Assembly (NCBI GenBank): GCA_905202925.1
Contig: CAJKTW010000002.1
Location: 73,294 to 137,293, forward strand
Length of the DNA stretch: 64,000 bases
Direction of reading: 5' to 3'
Origin: an uncultured Collinsella sp.
GTDB lineage: Bacteria; Actinomycetota; Coriobacteriia; Coriobacteriales; Coriobacteriaceae
Under the pieces are notes generated by a model, which ran no database searches, was not told where the DNA came from, and worked only from the letters and a program-made list of their open reading frames with translations. Within the stretch, counting starts at the first letter, position 1. Each line of letters starts with the position of its first letter. Both the position numbers and the translations under genes were made by a program. Of this stretch, positions 48,837 through 58,829 are shown piece after piece.

Positions 48837-49531
48837 AACGCGCCTTTATGTCCGAGCTCGCCATCGTTCGCACGCTCGCCCCGAGCATCGCGGGCGTCGG
48901 CCTGTTCATCTTCGTCGTACTGACCCTCGCCAACGCATCGGATGGCGATTCCGGTATGAGCGCCGGCGCCTGCGCGGTCAGTGCCATGTCGCCCATCATG
49001 GTCATGAGTTCGCTGGCCGGCTTCGACAATCAAAACGGATGGGAGCGTTATCGGGCGACGCTGCCCATCTCGCGCAAAGACATCATCTGTGCACGCTACC
49101 TGAGCATCATTGCCTTCTCGGCCGTTATGACCTGCGCCGCCGCGCTTTTGAGCATCATCACCTTTCCGTTCTTCGATCACATGGGCATGCCCTCGACGGG
49201 ACAGATCGTCTTTGAGACCACGATAGCCTCCGCCGCATCGATGCTCATCTCCCTCATGATGGTGTTTTTGGCACAGCCGCTGTTCTTCCGATTTGGACAC
49301 ATGGAGGCGCTGCGCTTTTCCGTCGGCCTGTTTGCCCTGCTCGGATGCCTTGCCATGGCCACGCTGAGCTCCTCCAACCCCATCAGCAACTGGCTCATGT
49401 CGATTACTGGGGCAAACCCCGATCCCGCCGTCCTCGGCTGCCTGTGCGCAGGAATTGCCGTACTGGCCCTCGTGCTCTTTGCACTGAGTTGCGCCATCAG
49501 TACCAAGGTCTATCGAGCACGCGACCTGTAG
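48833..49531 (+). CDS. ABC-2-type transporter permease
   Basis: Six-TM hydrophobic protein; ATGA overlap with the ATPase gene. Confidence 0.7.
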   Translation: MKRAFMSELAIVRTLAPSIAGVGLFIFVVLTLANASDGDSGMSAGACAVSAMSPIMVMSSLAGFDNQNGWERYRATLPISRKDIICARYLSIIAFSAVMTCAAALLSIITFPFFDHMGMPSTGQIVFETTIASAASMLISLMMVFLAQPLFFRFGHMEALRFSVGLFALLGCLAMATLSSSNPISNWLMSITGANPDPAVLGCLCAGIAVLALVLFALSCAISTKVYRARDL

Positions 49532-49599
49532 GCAAGCGCGGTATCATCGGGCATGCGCCGCAGATCTGGCGCGGTCTTTTATGAGGAGGCGCTCAACCC

Positions 49600-50475
49600 G
49601 TGTCGTGGGTTACAGCAGCATTTGCATCAGCTTTCTTTGCCGGCATCACATCCATTTTGGCCAAATGCGGCATCAGGCACACCGACTCCGACGTTGCAAC
49701 CGCCATCCGTACTTGCGTGGTGCTCGTATTTGCCTGGGCAATGGCGGGCATTTCTGGATCCATCGGAGCAATCGGCACCATTCCCGCCAAAGCCTGGCTA
49801 TTCCTCACCCTCTCGGGACTCGCCACCGGCGCCTCGTGGATCTGTTACTTTAAGGCGCTCAGCATCGGAGACGTCAACAAGGTTGTACCCGTCGACAAGA
49901 TGAGCACCGTGCTCGCCGTGCTGATCGCCATAGTGCTTTTTGGTGAGACAGGCAACCTGGCGGTCAAGCTCGTGGGAACCGCAGTTATCACGCTCGGCAC
50001 GTTTTTGATGATCGAGAAAAAGCAGTCCGTCGGCGCAGGGCAAAAGCAAGACCGAGCCTGGCTCGCTTACGCCCTCGGCGCCGCCGTGTTCGCGGCACTC
50101 ACCTCCGTCCTCGCCAAGATCGGCATCGAAGGTGTCGAGTCAAACCTGGCCACGGCAATCCGCACCTGTGTGGTACTTGTTATGGCATGGGCAATCGTGG
50201 CTGTCAAGGGAAAGCTGGAGCAGGTCGCGCGCATTGACCCGCGCGAACTCGCATTTCTTGCGGCATCGGGCATTGCGACCGGCGCGTCGTGGCTGCTGTA
50301 CTACTACGCCATCGCTGCAGGCCAGGTGAGCGTCGTCGTGCAAATCGACAAACTATCGATTGTCGTATCGGTGCTGTTCGCACGACTGGCCTTCAACGAA
50401 AAGCTGTCGCATCGAAGCGCCATCGGCCTTTTCCTCATCGTGCTGGGCACCGCCGCGCTCGCGATTTGGAAGTAG
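49600..50475 (+). CDS. EamA/DMT-family transporter
   Basis: Two EamA repeats. GTG start after GAGGAGG. Confidence 0.75.
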   Translation: MSWVTAAFASAFFAGITSILAKCGIRHTDSDVATAIRTCVVLVFAWAMAGISGSIGAIGTIPAKAWLFLTLSGLATGASWICYFKALSIGDVNKVVPVDKMSTVLAVLIAIVLFGETGNLAVKLVGTAVITLGTFLMIEKKQSVGAGQKQDRAWLAYALGAAVFAALTSVLAKIGIEGVESNLATAIRTCVVLVMAWAIVAVKGKLEQVARIDPRELAFLAASGIATGASWLLYYYAIAAGQVSVVVQIDKLSIVVSVLFARLAFNEKLSHRSAIGLFLIVLGTAALAIWK

Positions 50476-50569
50476 CGTCGGTGCCAGGCGAGATTCAGTC
50501 CACCCGCAAATCCGTGACACAGCGCCCACACCGGGCTTGAGATGTTTGTATTGCCCGCGCGCTACCGTG

Positions 50570-51868
50570 CTACTTGCGCAGCGGCTTGGGCAGCGGAATG
50601 CCCGCCGCGATGACGGCGGCGATGATCATGCAGACGATGCCCTTGAGTGGGAAGCACATGAGCAGCAAGCCCACAACCATGACCGGCTGACGCATAACGG
50701 CGCCCATCGTCGAGGCCGTGCAGACGGCGACGCAAAAGACCGGATCGGCGCCGGTGAGGATGGCAAGGCCATAGCCCAGGCTCACACCCGAGAAGATAAC
50801 CGGGAAGAAGTGGCCGCCACGCCAACCAAGGTTGATGAGGGCGGGCGTCAGCATGGCCTTAACAAGACCGGTCGCGATAAGCACGCCGGCGGGAATGGTC
50901 AGATAGGTCTCCATGAGCACGTCGGCTTGGGTCTCGCCGGCAAACATGGTGTAGGGCAGGACCGTGCCACAGATGGCGAGCGCCAGACCGGCCAGCATGG
51001 CCTTGACGACAGGGCGCTCCCCTATGGCGTGGGCCAACGCCTCGCTCGCGTGCTCCGAGACAAAGTACAGCCAGCCGCAGGCCGTACCGATGAGTGCCAG
51101 GGGAATAAGCCAGGCAAGCTCAAGGTTGCCCACCCGGGCAGCCTCGAACCTCGGCATACCCATACCGCCGCCCATGAGTTGGCCGAGCAGTAGATAGGTG
51201 CCCAGGCCGCCGGCAATCGCGATGCCGTAGACCACGGTCTTTTGCGTCTTGGGCAGCTTGATGGTGATCTCATCGGACGCGGAGTCCTCGCCAGCGCCCT
51301 GGCCGTCGGCGCTACCGGCGAGCGGCGCCACAAAGCCAAACACGGGCGCGGTAAAGAGCGCCGTCAGGGCAGCCTGGGTGCCCAGCAGCGTGAGCTCCCT
51401 AAACTCGGCGCCAAAGCGACGCATGCGGTCGCCGACCCAGCTGCACAGACCCGCGATAACTCCGGTCAGGCCGGCCTCCGGTCCAATACTTCCGCCAAAC
51501 AGCAGCGGCAGCAATGCCGCAAGCGAAAGCTTGCCGAGGTTGTCGTACGGGTAGCGACCGTCTTGTTTAACCTTGGCCATCACCTGGTTGAGGTCATCGG
51601 TCTTGGTGCCCGTAATCTTTTCGTACAGACCGATCAGCAGGCCGCCCAGCAAGCAGACAAAAAACGGGTACGGCAGAAAACCGAACGGGCCGCTCGCGAG
51701 CTCAGGCGAAGCGACGCCCAGCGCGTGCGGAATCTCGGTCCATAGATAGTCGACACCGTGCTCCATCGCAAAAAAGAACAGCCAGACCGCGGCGCCTGCG
51801 AACGCACCGGTCACGGCAACGCTAACTAAAAACAGCGCACGGTTTTTGGGTTTTGCAAGACTATCCAT
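50570..51868 (-). CDS. ClC-family chloride channel / H+-Cl- antiporter-like protein (no CBS domains)
   Basis: GGSIGPEAG and GHFFP (GxFxP-like) motifs; about 11 TM. Confidence 0.65.
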   Translation of the reverse strand: MDSLAKPKNRALFLVSVAVTGAFAGAAVWLFFFAMEHGVDYLWTEIPHALGVASPELASGPFGFLPYPFFVCLLGGLLIGLYEKITGTKTDDLNQVMAKVKQDGRYPYDNLGKLSLAALLPLLFGGSIGPEAGLTGVIAGLCSWVGDRMRRFGAEFRELTLLGTQAALTALFTAPVFGFVAPLAGSADGQGAGEDSASDEITIKLPKTQKTVVYGIAIAGGLGTYLLLGQLMGGGMGMPRFEAARVGNLELAWLIPLALIGTACGWLYFVSEHASEALAHAIGERPVVKAMLAGLALAICGTVLPYTMFAGETQADVLMETYLTIPAGVLIATGLVKAMLTPALINLGWRGGHFFPVIFSGVSLGYGLAILTGADPVFCVAVCTASTMGAVMRQPVMVVGLLLMCFPLKGIVCMIIAAVIAAGIPLPKPLRK

Positions 51869-51993
51869 CGGGACCTCCCGTGGTCAAATTCGGCAAAGAT
51901 ACGTTTTATTGTAGAGCGAGCGTTACCCGAACGAGCCAACCGTCTGCGCCGCAAACGGCACCATTGGGAGTCATAGTGGGGCAGGCTCAAGAC

Positions 51994-52527
51994 TTATCCG
52001 TTGATAATCGAGGCAATCTCGCGCAAATCGTCGGCAAAGTAGATGCCGTGCTGGCGCCTCGGGCTCGAAAGCCCTTTATCAATCATGCGTCCGAGCAGCG
52101 CCTTGAGATCGTTGTAGTAACCGTCCAGGTTATACAGGATGCACGGCGCGCTCAGATGCCCCAGCGACACGGCCGACATGACCTCGGCAATCTCCTCGAG
52201 CGTACCCGTCCCGCCGGGAAAGGCAATGAAGGCATCACCAAGCTCGATCATCTTGGCCTTGCGCTCGGCCATGTCGCTCGTCACGATGAGGTCGTCGATG
52301 CCATCGTGCTGAAACTCGGCCTCGATAAAAAAGCTCGGCTCCACGCCCGTCACGTGTCCACCGGCATCGAGCACGCTATCGGCGAGCGCGCCCATCAAGC
52401 CCGACTTGGACCCGCCGTATACCAACGCGTGTCCGTTAGCGCCAATCCAGTTGCCCAGCTCCTGCACCGCGGGCAGAAACGCCGGGTCATTACCGACGCT
52501 GGCACCCAGATACACGGTGATATTCAT
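51994..52527 (-). CDS. LOG-family (TIGR00730) nucleotide-5'-monophosphate nucleosidase
   Basis: VYGGSKSGLMGA and PGGTGTLEE motifs. Confidence 0.8.
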   Translation of the reverse strand: MNITVYLGASVGNDPAFLPAVQELGNWIGANGHALVYGGSKSGLMGALADSVLDAGGHVTGVEPSFFIEAEFQHDGIDDLIVTSDMAERKAKMIELGDAFIAFPGGTGTLEEIAEVMSAVSLGHLSAPCILYNLDGYYNDLKALLGRMIDKGLSSPRRQHGIYFADDLREIASIING

Positions 52528-52563
52528 ATTCAGTCCCCCTCATCGTGACGCACGGCGCCCGTT

Positions 52564-52989
52564 CTAGCGCTGGCGTCGACGATACTCGCGCACGCGACGC
52601 GAAAGATCGGCGAGCTCGTCACGATCGAGCTCTTCCAAATGCTCAAGATCGTCCATAAAGCGCGCCATGGTGTCCTTTTGGCGCATCTTGATGAGCGTAT
52701 TGCAGTAGTTCACCGCCACGCCCGTAAGCATGGCGATGTAGAAGATGCTGATGACGCTCAAGACGACGGTAATCGCGCGGGCAACCGGTGTCTCGGCCGG
52801 AATGTCACCAAAGCCGATGGTCGAGACCGTCTCAAAGCTAAACCAAAGTCCATCGCCAAAGGTGAGGGTCGTGGGCTCGGACAGCCAGACGGCCGTCGAG
52901 CACAGCAGATAGAACACAAGAAACAGGCCCGTGATGCGCGCAAAGCCAGCCTGGCGCAACACGTCGGCAAGCGTCCTCAACTTGTTCAT
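52564..52989 (-). CDS. Two-TM potassium channel family protein
   Basis: Selectivity filter TIGFGD between two TM helices. Start MNKLRT after AAGAGG. Confidence 0.7.
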   Translation of the reverse strand: MNKLRTLADVLRQAGFARITGLFLVFYLLCSTAVWLSEPTTLTFGDGLWFSFETVSTIGFGDIPAETPVARAITVVLSVISIFYIAMLTGVAVNYCNTLIKMRQKDTMARFMDDLEHLEELDRDELADLSRRVREYRRRQR

Positions 52990-53057
52990 CGCGACCTCTT
53001 TTCCCAGACGCCCAATCACATTCGCTCGGTATTGTCCCACGCCTCCCCCGCAAACGG

Positions 53058-53112
53058 AACTAGTCATTGGGGACGTTCTTAAATGACTAGTCAAACAAGA
53101 ACGTCCCCAATG
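53058..53112. repeat. P-type palindromic repeat, full copy: AGTCATTGGGGACGTTCTT-N16-AAGAACGTCCCCAATGACT
   Basis: Perfect 19 to 21 bp inverted arms. Same family as 59958..60008, 60116..60144 and 63175..63250. Confidence 0.8.
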
Positions 53113-53202
53113 ACTACCTGACCGTTTAGCGGTGCGGTGGCTGAGTGGGCAGGTTGAGCTGGTATCCTTATGTGATACTGTCTCGACTCGATAGGATTAC
53201 AT

Positions 53203-56007
53203 GTGAAACCTTCCGCCATCCTTCGTTTGGCTCTATATCGCACCCTAGCCGTCGCGGTTGCCGTACTCACCGTACTGAGCGCCGTCATGCCTGCCCCCGC
53301 CTTTGCCGCCGACTCCGACCACCAGGTCAAGACGGTCCGCGTTGGCTGGCTCGTCAACAACAAAGGCTTCCAGGAAGGCACGCCGGGCGAGCGCCTCTCG
53401 GGATGGGGCTACGAGTACCTCCAGACCCTCTCGTATTACACAAAGGGCTGGCAATACGAATACGTTAGCGGCACCTTCTCCGAGCTTATGAACATGCTCG
53501 AGGCAGGCGAAATCGACCTCATGCCCAACATCTCGTATTCGGCAGAACGCGAGCAGAAGCTGCTCTTTTCCTCAAATCCCGAGGGCACCGAGCGCTACTA
53601 TATCTACGCCAGGCCCGACCGCGACGATCTAGCCAAGGGTGACCCTCAGGCGCTCCAAGGCCTCACCATCGGCTGCAACTCTGGCGTTATGCAAACTATC
53701 GTCGGCCAGCAGTGGCTCGCCAACGAAGACGTTACCTGCACCTATAAAGAAATCGACACCGGCAGCGCCCTCTTTGAGGCGCTTGCAGACGGCGAGGTCG
53801 ACGCCGTCATCATGAACGACACCATTTCGTCGCCCGATGCGTCACCCATGTTCTACGTAGGCTCGAGCGACTACTATTTTGCCGTTCCCAAAAGCCGCCC
53901 TGACCTGATGAACGACATCAACGCCGCCATGACGACCATCGCCCGCGATAACCCGCGCTATAACGAGGAAGTCAAAACGAGTTACTCGACCCAAAACAGT
54001 GGCTCGTCATCGCTCACCGGCACCGAGACCACCTGGCTCAAAGAAAACGGCAATACCATCACGCTCGGCTATCTTAAAAACCAACTTCCCTACTGTACGC
54101 AAAATGACGACGGCGAGATGGAAGGGTCGCTCGCCTCGCTTGCAACGACGTTGCACGACAAGTTTGACATTACGGTCAAAACAATCGCACTCTCGAACAA
54201 CAAGCAAATGATCAAAGCCCTTTCCAACGGAACCATCGATGTCGCCCTGCCGTTGTTTCGCGACTACTGGCTCGCCGAGCAGACAGGGGTCATCCAGTCA
54301 AACTCGATGGGAACGGTTTCGCTGACCGCCATTCACAATGGCAAAAACCTGAACAGCGACCTTAAGAACATCGCTTGTACAAAGAGCACAATCGTTAACC
54401 GTTTTGAGCTCGAAAGTCTCTTTCCGAACGCAACGGTAACCGAGTATTCGAATGACGGCGAGGTGCTCAAAGCCCTCGATGAGGGGAAGGCACGTTGCAT
54501 CATTGTCCCCAGCACGCGCCTGGAAACTCTCCGCGACATCTACGACATCGAGGATTTCGAAACACAGGAACTCACCAACACGGCACAACTATCGTGTTTA
54601 ATTTCGCGCGGCAAGCCCGAGCTGCTGGGAATCATCAATAAGGGCATCGTCAATGCAGGTGAATCGCTCTCTGCAAACAGCTATTTCCCCACATCGTACT
54701 CGGCGCAAGAATCGGATGCGTTCCGACTTCTCTACCGCAACCGCATCGTCATTGCGGCAGTCGTCATTTGCATTTTGCTCACCGGCATCGTCATCCTTGT
54801 CTGGTCGCTTTACCGCGCACAGGAGGAACGGCAGAAAGCCGATGCCGCCAACGCCGCCAAAACCGCTTTCCTCACGCGCATGAGCCACGACATCCGCACG
54901 CCGCTCAACGGCATCCTGGGCCTTATCGAAATTGAGGAATTGAGAGAAGGCGACATGCGGGTCGCCCGCGAAAGCCGCGCCAAGGCGCGCGTTGCCGCCA
55001 ATCACCTGCTGTCACTGATTAACGACATCCTCGAGATGGGCAGGATCGAGGAGCGCAAAGTGACGCTCGAGCACGAATCATTCAACCTTAAAGAGCTGTG
55101 CGACAATGCGCTCGTACTGTGCAAGCTCCGCGCATCGGACCGCGACATAACCATGCTCGACACCAGCGAGCCCTACGCTGTCGACCAATATATGATCGGC
55201 AGCCCCACCCATATTCGGCAGATCCTTGTCAACCTGCTCGACAACAGCATCAAGTACAACAAGCACGGAGGCACCGTCACGTTCTCATCGACCATCAAGC
55301 CGGTCGACGACGAGCACGCCGTGTTTTGCTTTAGCGTCTCGGACACCGGCATCGGTATGACGCCCGAGTTTTTGACGCACATTTACGAGCCGTTTGCCCA
55401 GGAAGGCGACGATGCGCGTAGCAAGTTCCAAGGAACCGGCATTGGCATGTCTATCGTCAAATCGCTCATCGATATGATGGGCGGCACGATTGAGATTTCG
55501 AGTGAGGTTGGCGCGGGAAGCACGTTCAACGTCCAGATACCGCTCGATATCGACAAGAACCCTCAGGCAAAAGAACGTGCGTCCAAGCAGACATACAGTT
55601 GCTCGCTTGCCGGCATGAACGTCCTTTTGGCAGAAGACAACGAGCTCAATGCCGAAATTGCCCAGGCTCTACTCGAAAGCGAAGGCATCGTCGTAACGCG
55701 CGCCGCCGACGGCAACAAAGCAGTCGACCTATACGTTAGTCGTCCCGCCGGCAGCTTCGATGCGATCCTGATGGACATCATGATGCCGGGCATGGATGGC
55801 TACGAGGCAACCCGCGCGATTCGTCTGAGCGAAAAGGCCGATGCAGCCGACATCCCCATCATCGCGCTCACTGCCAACGCCTTCAACGAGGACGCCAAGG
55901 CGGCACACGATGCCGGTATGAACGCCCATCTGCCCAAACCGCTCGACTTTAACAAGCTCAAAAACATACTCGCCCGCATCAAGAAAAACGGAACTGTTTC
56001 GCTATAG
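53203..56007 (+). CDS. Hybrid sensor histidine kinase/response regulator with two periplasmic solute-binding (SBP_bac_3-like) domains (BvgS/EvgS-like)
   Basis: Signal peptide; two PBP-like domains; TM; HisKA (MSHDIRTPLNGI); HATPase_c (N, G1, G2 boxes); REC (D-D-K). Confidence 0.85.
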   Translation: MKPSAILRLALYRTLAVAVAVLTVLSAVMPAPAFAADSDHQVKTVRVGWLVNNKGFQEGTPGERLSGWGYEYLQTLSYYTKGWQYEYVSGTFSELMNMLEAGEIDLMPNISYSAEREQKLLFSSNPEGTERYYIYARPDRDDLAKGDPQALQGLTIGCNSGVMQTIVGQQWLANEDVTCTYKEIDTGSALFEALADGEVDAVIMNDTISSPDASPMFYVGSSDYYFAVPKSRPDLMNDINAAMTTIARDNPRYNEEVKTSYSTQNSGSSSLTGTETTWLKENGNTITLGYLKNQLPYCTQNDDGEMEGSLASLATTLHDKFDITVKTIALSNNKQMIKALSNGTIDVALPLFRDYWLAEQTGVIQSNSMGTVSLTAIHNGKNLNSDLKNIACTKSTIVNRFELESLFPNATVTEYSNDGEVLKALDEGKARCIIVPSTRLETLRDIYDIEDFETQELTNTAQLSCLISRGKPELLGIINKGIVNAGESLSANSYFPTSYSAQESDAFRLLYRNRIVIAAVVICILLTGIVILVWSLYRAQEERQKADAANAAKTAFLTRMSHDIRTPLNGILGLIEIEELREGDMRVARESRAKARVAANHLLSLINDILEMGRIEERKVTLEHESFNLKELCDNALVLCKLRASDRDITMLDTSEPYAVDQYMIGSPTHIRQILVNLLDNSIKYNKHGGTVTFSSTIKPVDDEHAVFCFSVSDTGIGMTPEFLTHIYEPFAQEGDDARSKFQGTGIGMSIVKSLIDMMGGTIEISSEVGAGSTFNVQIPLDIDKNPQAKERASKQTYSCSLAGMNVLLAEDNELNAEIAQALLESEGIVVTRAADGNKAVDLYVSRPAGSFDAILMDIMMPGMDGYEATRAIRLSEKADAADIPIIALTANAFNEDAKAAHDAGMNAHLPKPLDFNKLKNILARIKKNGTVSL

Positions 56008-56049
56008 TTTGCGTTTAACCACCATGCACAGCCAGAAAGGAAGCCAACG

Positions 56050-56529
56050 ATGTTTAGGCCCTTACGTCGAAAGAAACGCGCCATCACTGACGAGGAAGCG
56101 CGCGAGTTGCTCGCCACCTGTAAGCGCGGCGTCTTTGCCGTCAACGGCGATGATGGCTACCCCTATGCCATTCCCGTCAACTACTTCTTTGACGCCGAGC
56201 ACGACAAGATTTATTTCCATGGCGCCAAGGCCGGCCACAAGGTCGATTCGCTCAGGCGTGACGATAAAGTCTGCTTTACCGTTTACGGCAACGAGTGGTA
56301 CAAGGACGGCGACTGGGCTCCTTACGTCATGAGCACTGTGGTCTTTGGCCGTTGCCGCCTGGTAGATGAAGCGCCTGCGTTTATCGAGGACAAAGTCCGC
56401 CAGCTCGCGCTTAAGTACTACCCTTCTGCCGAAGAAGTCGAGGAAGAAATCGCCAAAGACATCAAGGGCGTCCAACTCTACGAGATTTCAATTGAGCATC
56501 TTTGCGGCAAGCAGATTCAGGAAAAGTAG
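56050..56529 (+). CDS. Pyridoxamine 5'-phosphate oxidase-family (Nim/NimA-like) FMN-binding protein
   Basis: MFRPLRRKKRAITDEEARELL...GYPYAIPVNY, typical of the Nim family. Confidence 0.7.
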   Translation: MFRPLRRKKRAITDEEARELLATCKRGVFAVNGDDGYPYAIPVNYFFDAEHDKIYFHGAKAGHKVDSLRRDDKVCFTVYGNEWYKDGDWAPYVMSTVVFGRCRLVDEAPAFIEDKVRQLALKYYPSAEEVEEEIAKDIKGVQLYEISIEHLCGKQIQEK

Positions 56530-56557
56530 CGAATGCGAAAAACGCGCTCGCTACCCT

Positions 56558-56600
56558 CTGCGCCCCATGCGCCCACGCATTTTGACGGCGTGGGCGCATG
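56558..56600. terminator. Bidirectional terminator CCCCATGCGCCCACGC...GCGTGGGCGCATGGGG
   Basis: 16 bp perfect stem. Confidence 0.7.
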
Positions 56601-56627
56601 GGGCAGCACTCGAATCGAGCGCCCCCC

Positions 56628-57839
56628 CTATACCCCAAAAACGTAGCGGTCCAGGCGCTCACACGCCTCCTTTACCCGCGAAAGGGGCAGTGCCAGATTC
56701 ACGCGAATGTGGCAGGGCCCGTGGAACGGGCGGCCGTCCTGATACCCCACGCCCACACGAGCGCCCTCGTCGAGCAGCCACTGAATATCGCGGCCATGCT
56801 CGCGGCACCACTCGGTGCAGTCCAGAAACACCATGTAGGTGCCCTGCGGACGCGAATAGGACACGCCCGCAAAATGCTTGTCCACGTAATTGCAGAAGTA
56901 GTCGACGTTGCCCTCGATGACCTCATTGAGCTCATCAACCCACTCGTAGCCTTGCGGCTGGTAGGCACCGATAAGCGCATGCATGGAGAGGACGTTCATC
57001 TCGTTGTAGTGCGTCTTGTTGGACACGGCGCACACGCGGTCGCGCAGCGTCTCGTTATAGATGATGTGGTAGCTGCCGACCAGGCCCGCCAGGTTAAACG
57101 TCTTGCTGGGCGCATAGAGGGCAACCGTGCGCATGCGGGCATCCTCGCTCACCGACTGCGTCGGGATATGCTTGTGACCCGGCAGGATGATATCGGACCA
57201 AATCTCATCCGAGATCACCACGCAATCGTGCTGGCGATAGATGTCCATGGCACGTTCGATCTCGTCGCGCCCCCATACGCGGCCGCAGGGATTGTGCGGC
57301 GAGCAGAACACCGCGGCATGGATGTGGTTTTGGGCGAGCTTTCGCTCCATGTCCTCAAAGTCCATGCGCCACACGCCCCGATCGTCGAGCTTAAGCGGGC
57401 TGTGGACAATGCGATAGCCCGCGGCTTCGATAGACTTGGTAAAGCCGATGTAGGTGGGACTGTGGACCAGTACCGCATCGCCCGGCTGGACATATGCGCG
57501 CAGCGTCGACACGACACCGCCCAGCACGCCGTTTTCGTAGCCGATATGCTCCGGCGCCAAGCCCTCAACGCCGTTGCGACGGCTTTGCCATTCGATGATG
57601 CGGTCGAAGTACTCGTCACGCGGATTGAAATAGCCAAACATGGGATGCTGGGCGCGCTGAATGATGTGTTCCTGAACCGTGGGCACCGTGGCAAAATTCA
57701 TATCCGCCACCCACATGGGGATGCGGTCGAAGCCCTCGTCGGGTGCGTTCGGAGCCATGTCGGGAATTTCTCCCCAGGAGTCAACGGCGATGGCGTCCAT
57801 ACCGTGGCGGTCGATAAGCGAGGTAAAGTCGTATTTCAT
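56628..57839 (-). CDS. PatB/MalY-type PLP-dependent C-S lyase (cystathionine beta-lyase family)
   Basis: Class I/II aminotransferase fold; MKYDFTSLIDRHG start; lysine motif SPSKTFNLAG. Confidence 0.8.
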   Translation of the reverse strand: MKYDFTSLIDRHGMDAIAVDSWGEIPDMAPNAPDEGFDRIPMWVADMNFATVPTVQEHIIQRAQHPMFGYFNPRDEYFDRIIEWQSRRNGVEGLAPEHIGYENGVLGGVVSTLRAYVQPGDAVLVHSPTYIGFTKSIEAAGYRIVHSPLKLDDRGVWRMDFEDMERKLAQNHIHAAVFCSPHNPCGRVWGRDEIERAMDIYRQHDCVVISDEIWSDIILPGHKHIPTQSVSEDARMRTVALYAPSKTFNLAGLVGSYHIIYNETLRDRVCAVSNKTHYNEMNVLSMHALIGAYQPQGYEWVDELNEVIEGNVDYFCNYVDKHFAGVSYSRPQGTYMVFLDCTEWCREHGRDIQWLLDEGARVGVGYQDGRPFHGPCHIRVNLALPLSRVKEACERLDRYVFGV

Positions 57840-57951
57840 GCTGAGCTCCCGTGCAAAGCGGATTGTTTCGGTAGGCGTTATTGTCCACCAGCGTGGGCGG
57901 TTTTGGAGCGGAGTTTGGCGCTTAATTTGACGGGTGCGGACGAATGGCTGG

Positions 57952-58698
57952 TTAGTCTCGCGCGTCGTTGATGGCGGTTATCGTCAACCTGGTTCCGTCG
58001 ACCGTAAACGATATGTCAAGCCCAGCGTAAGCCAAATGGTAAACGCGGTTTGGCTCGTGTTTGCTGCCCGCACGGCGCGGATCTTGGCGGAGCACCTCGA
58101 TCAAGCCGGGGAGCTTTGTGTCCGGGACCATGTCCCGCAGCGCTTGCGGGAGCTCGACATTGAGCTCTTGCCATGGCGCGTCCTCAATCCAGCCGCCCGT
58201 CGCATCCGGGTGACAGTCCGCAAACGGAATGTAAGGCTTAATGTCGTAGATGGGCGTACCGTCGCGCAGGTCGGCCCCCAGCACATGGATGATGGGACCA
58301 TCGTCGGTGAGCTCGACACGATCAAGCTTGACGCAGGTGAGCCCGATGGGATTAGGGCGAAACGGACTGCGCGTGGCAAACACGCCCACGCGTTCGGCTC
58401 CACCCAGACGCGGTGGGCGCACGGTTTTCGACCATTTTGCGTTGGTGCCGGACCTGTCCTGCGTTTTGGCATCGGCGGCTATGTCCTTAGCCGTGCCGCC
58501 GGGCGTTCCGTTTTCGAAGCGCCAGAGCAGCCATAGGTGAGAGAAGGAGTCCAGACCCTCAACTGCAGCGTTGGAGGCAAATTCCGGCTCAAAGACGATG
58601 CGTCCCTGCAGATGGGGCGCCAAAAAGCTGTTGCGTGGGATGCCGAACTTCTGCGGCAGGTCGGTATGTATGTGTGCAATAGGTTCCATGCCGGTCAT
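57952..58698 (-). CDS. trmO: tRNA (t6A37) N6-methyltransferase TrmO (YaeB family)
   Basis: GIPRNSFLAP...RSPFRPNPIGLT...IKPYIP motifs. Confidence 0.75.
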   Translation of the reverse strand: MTGMEPIAHIHTDLPQKFGIPRNSFLAPHLQGRIVFEPEFASNAAVEGLDSFSHLWLLWRFENGTPGGTAKDIAADAKTQDRSGTNAKWSKTVRPPRLGGAERVGVFATRSPFRPNPIGLTCVKLDRVELTDDGPIIHVLGADLRDGTPIYDIKPYIPFADCHPDATGGWIEDAPWQELNVELPQALRDMVPDTKLPGLIEVLRQDPRRAGSKHEPNRVYHLAYAGLDISFTVDGTRLTITAINDARD

Positions 58699-58829
58699 TG
58701 TACGGCATGGAGGCGTGGGGTGTTGCGCGCAATTCTTCGCCGCGGTCCCCGTCGTGCAACCAACGGTTGCTTGGAAGGGTGCCGGCCGCCGCGTATGCTT
58801 AAAGCAACAAACAGCAGAAAGGAGCCGTC

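Noticed and set aside
50360-51745. 277 aa and 167 aa + strand ORFs over the ClC channel gene
   Set aside because: Antisense artefacts; Arg/Ala/Gly/Asp-rich.
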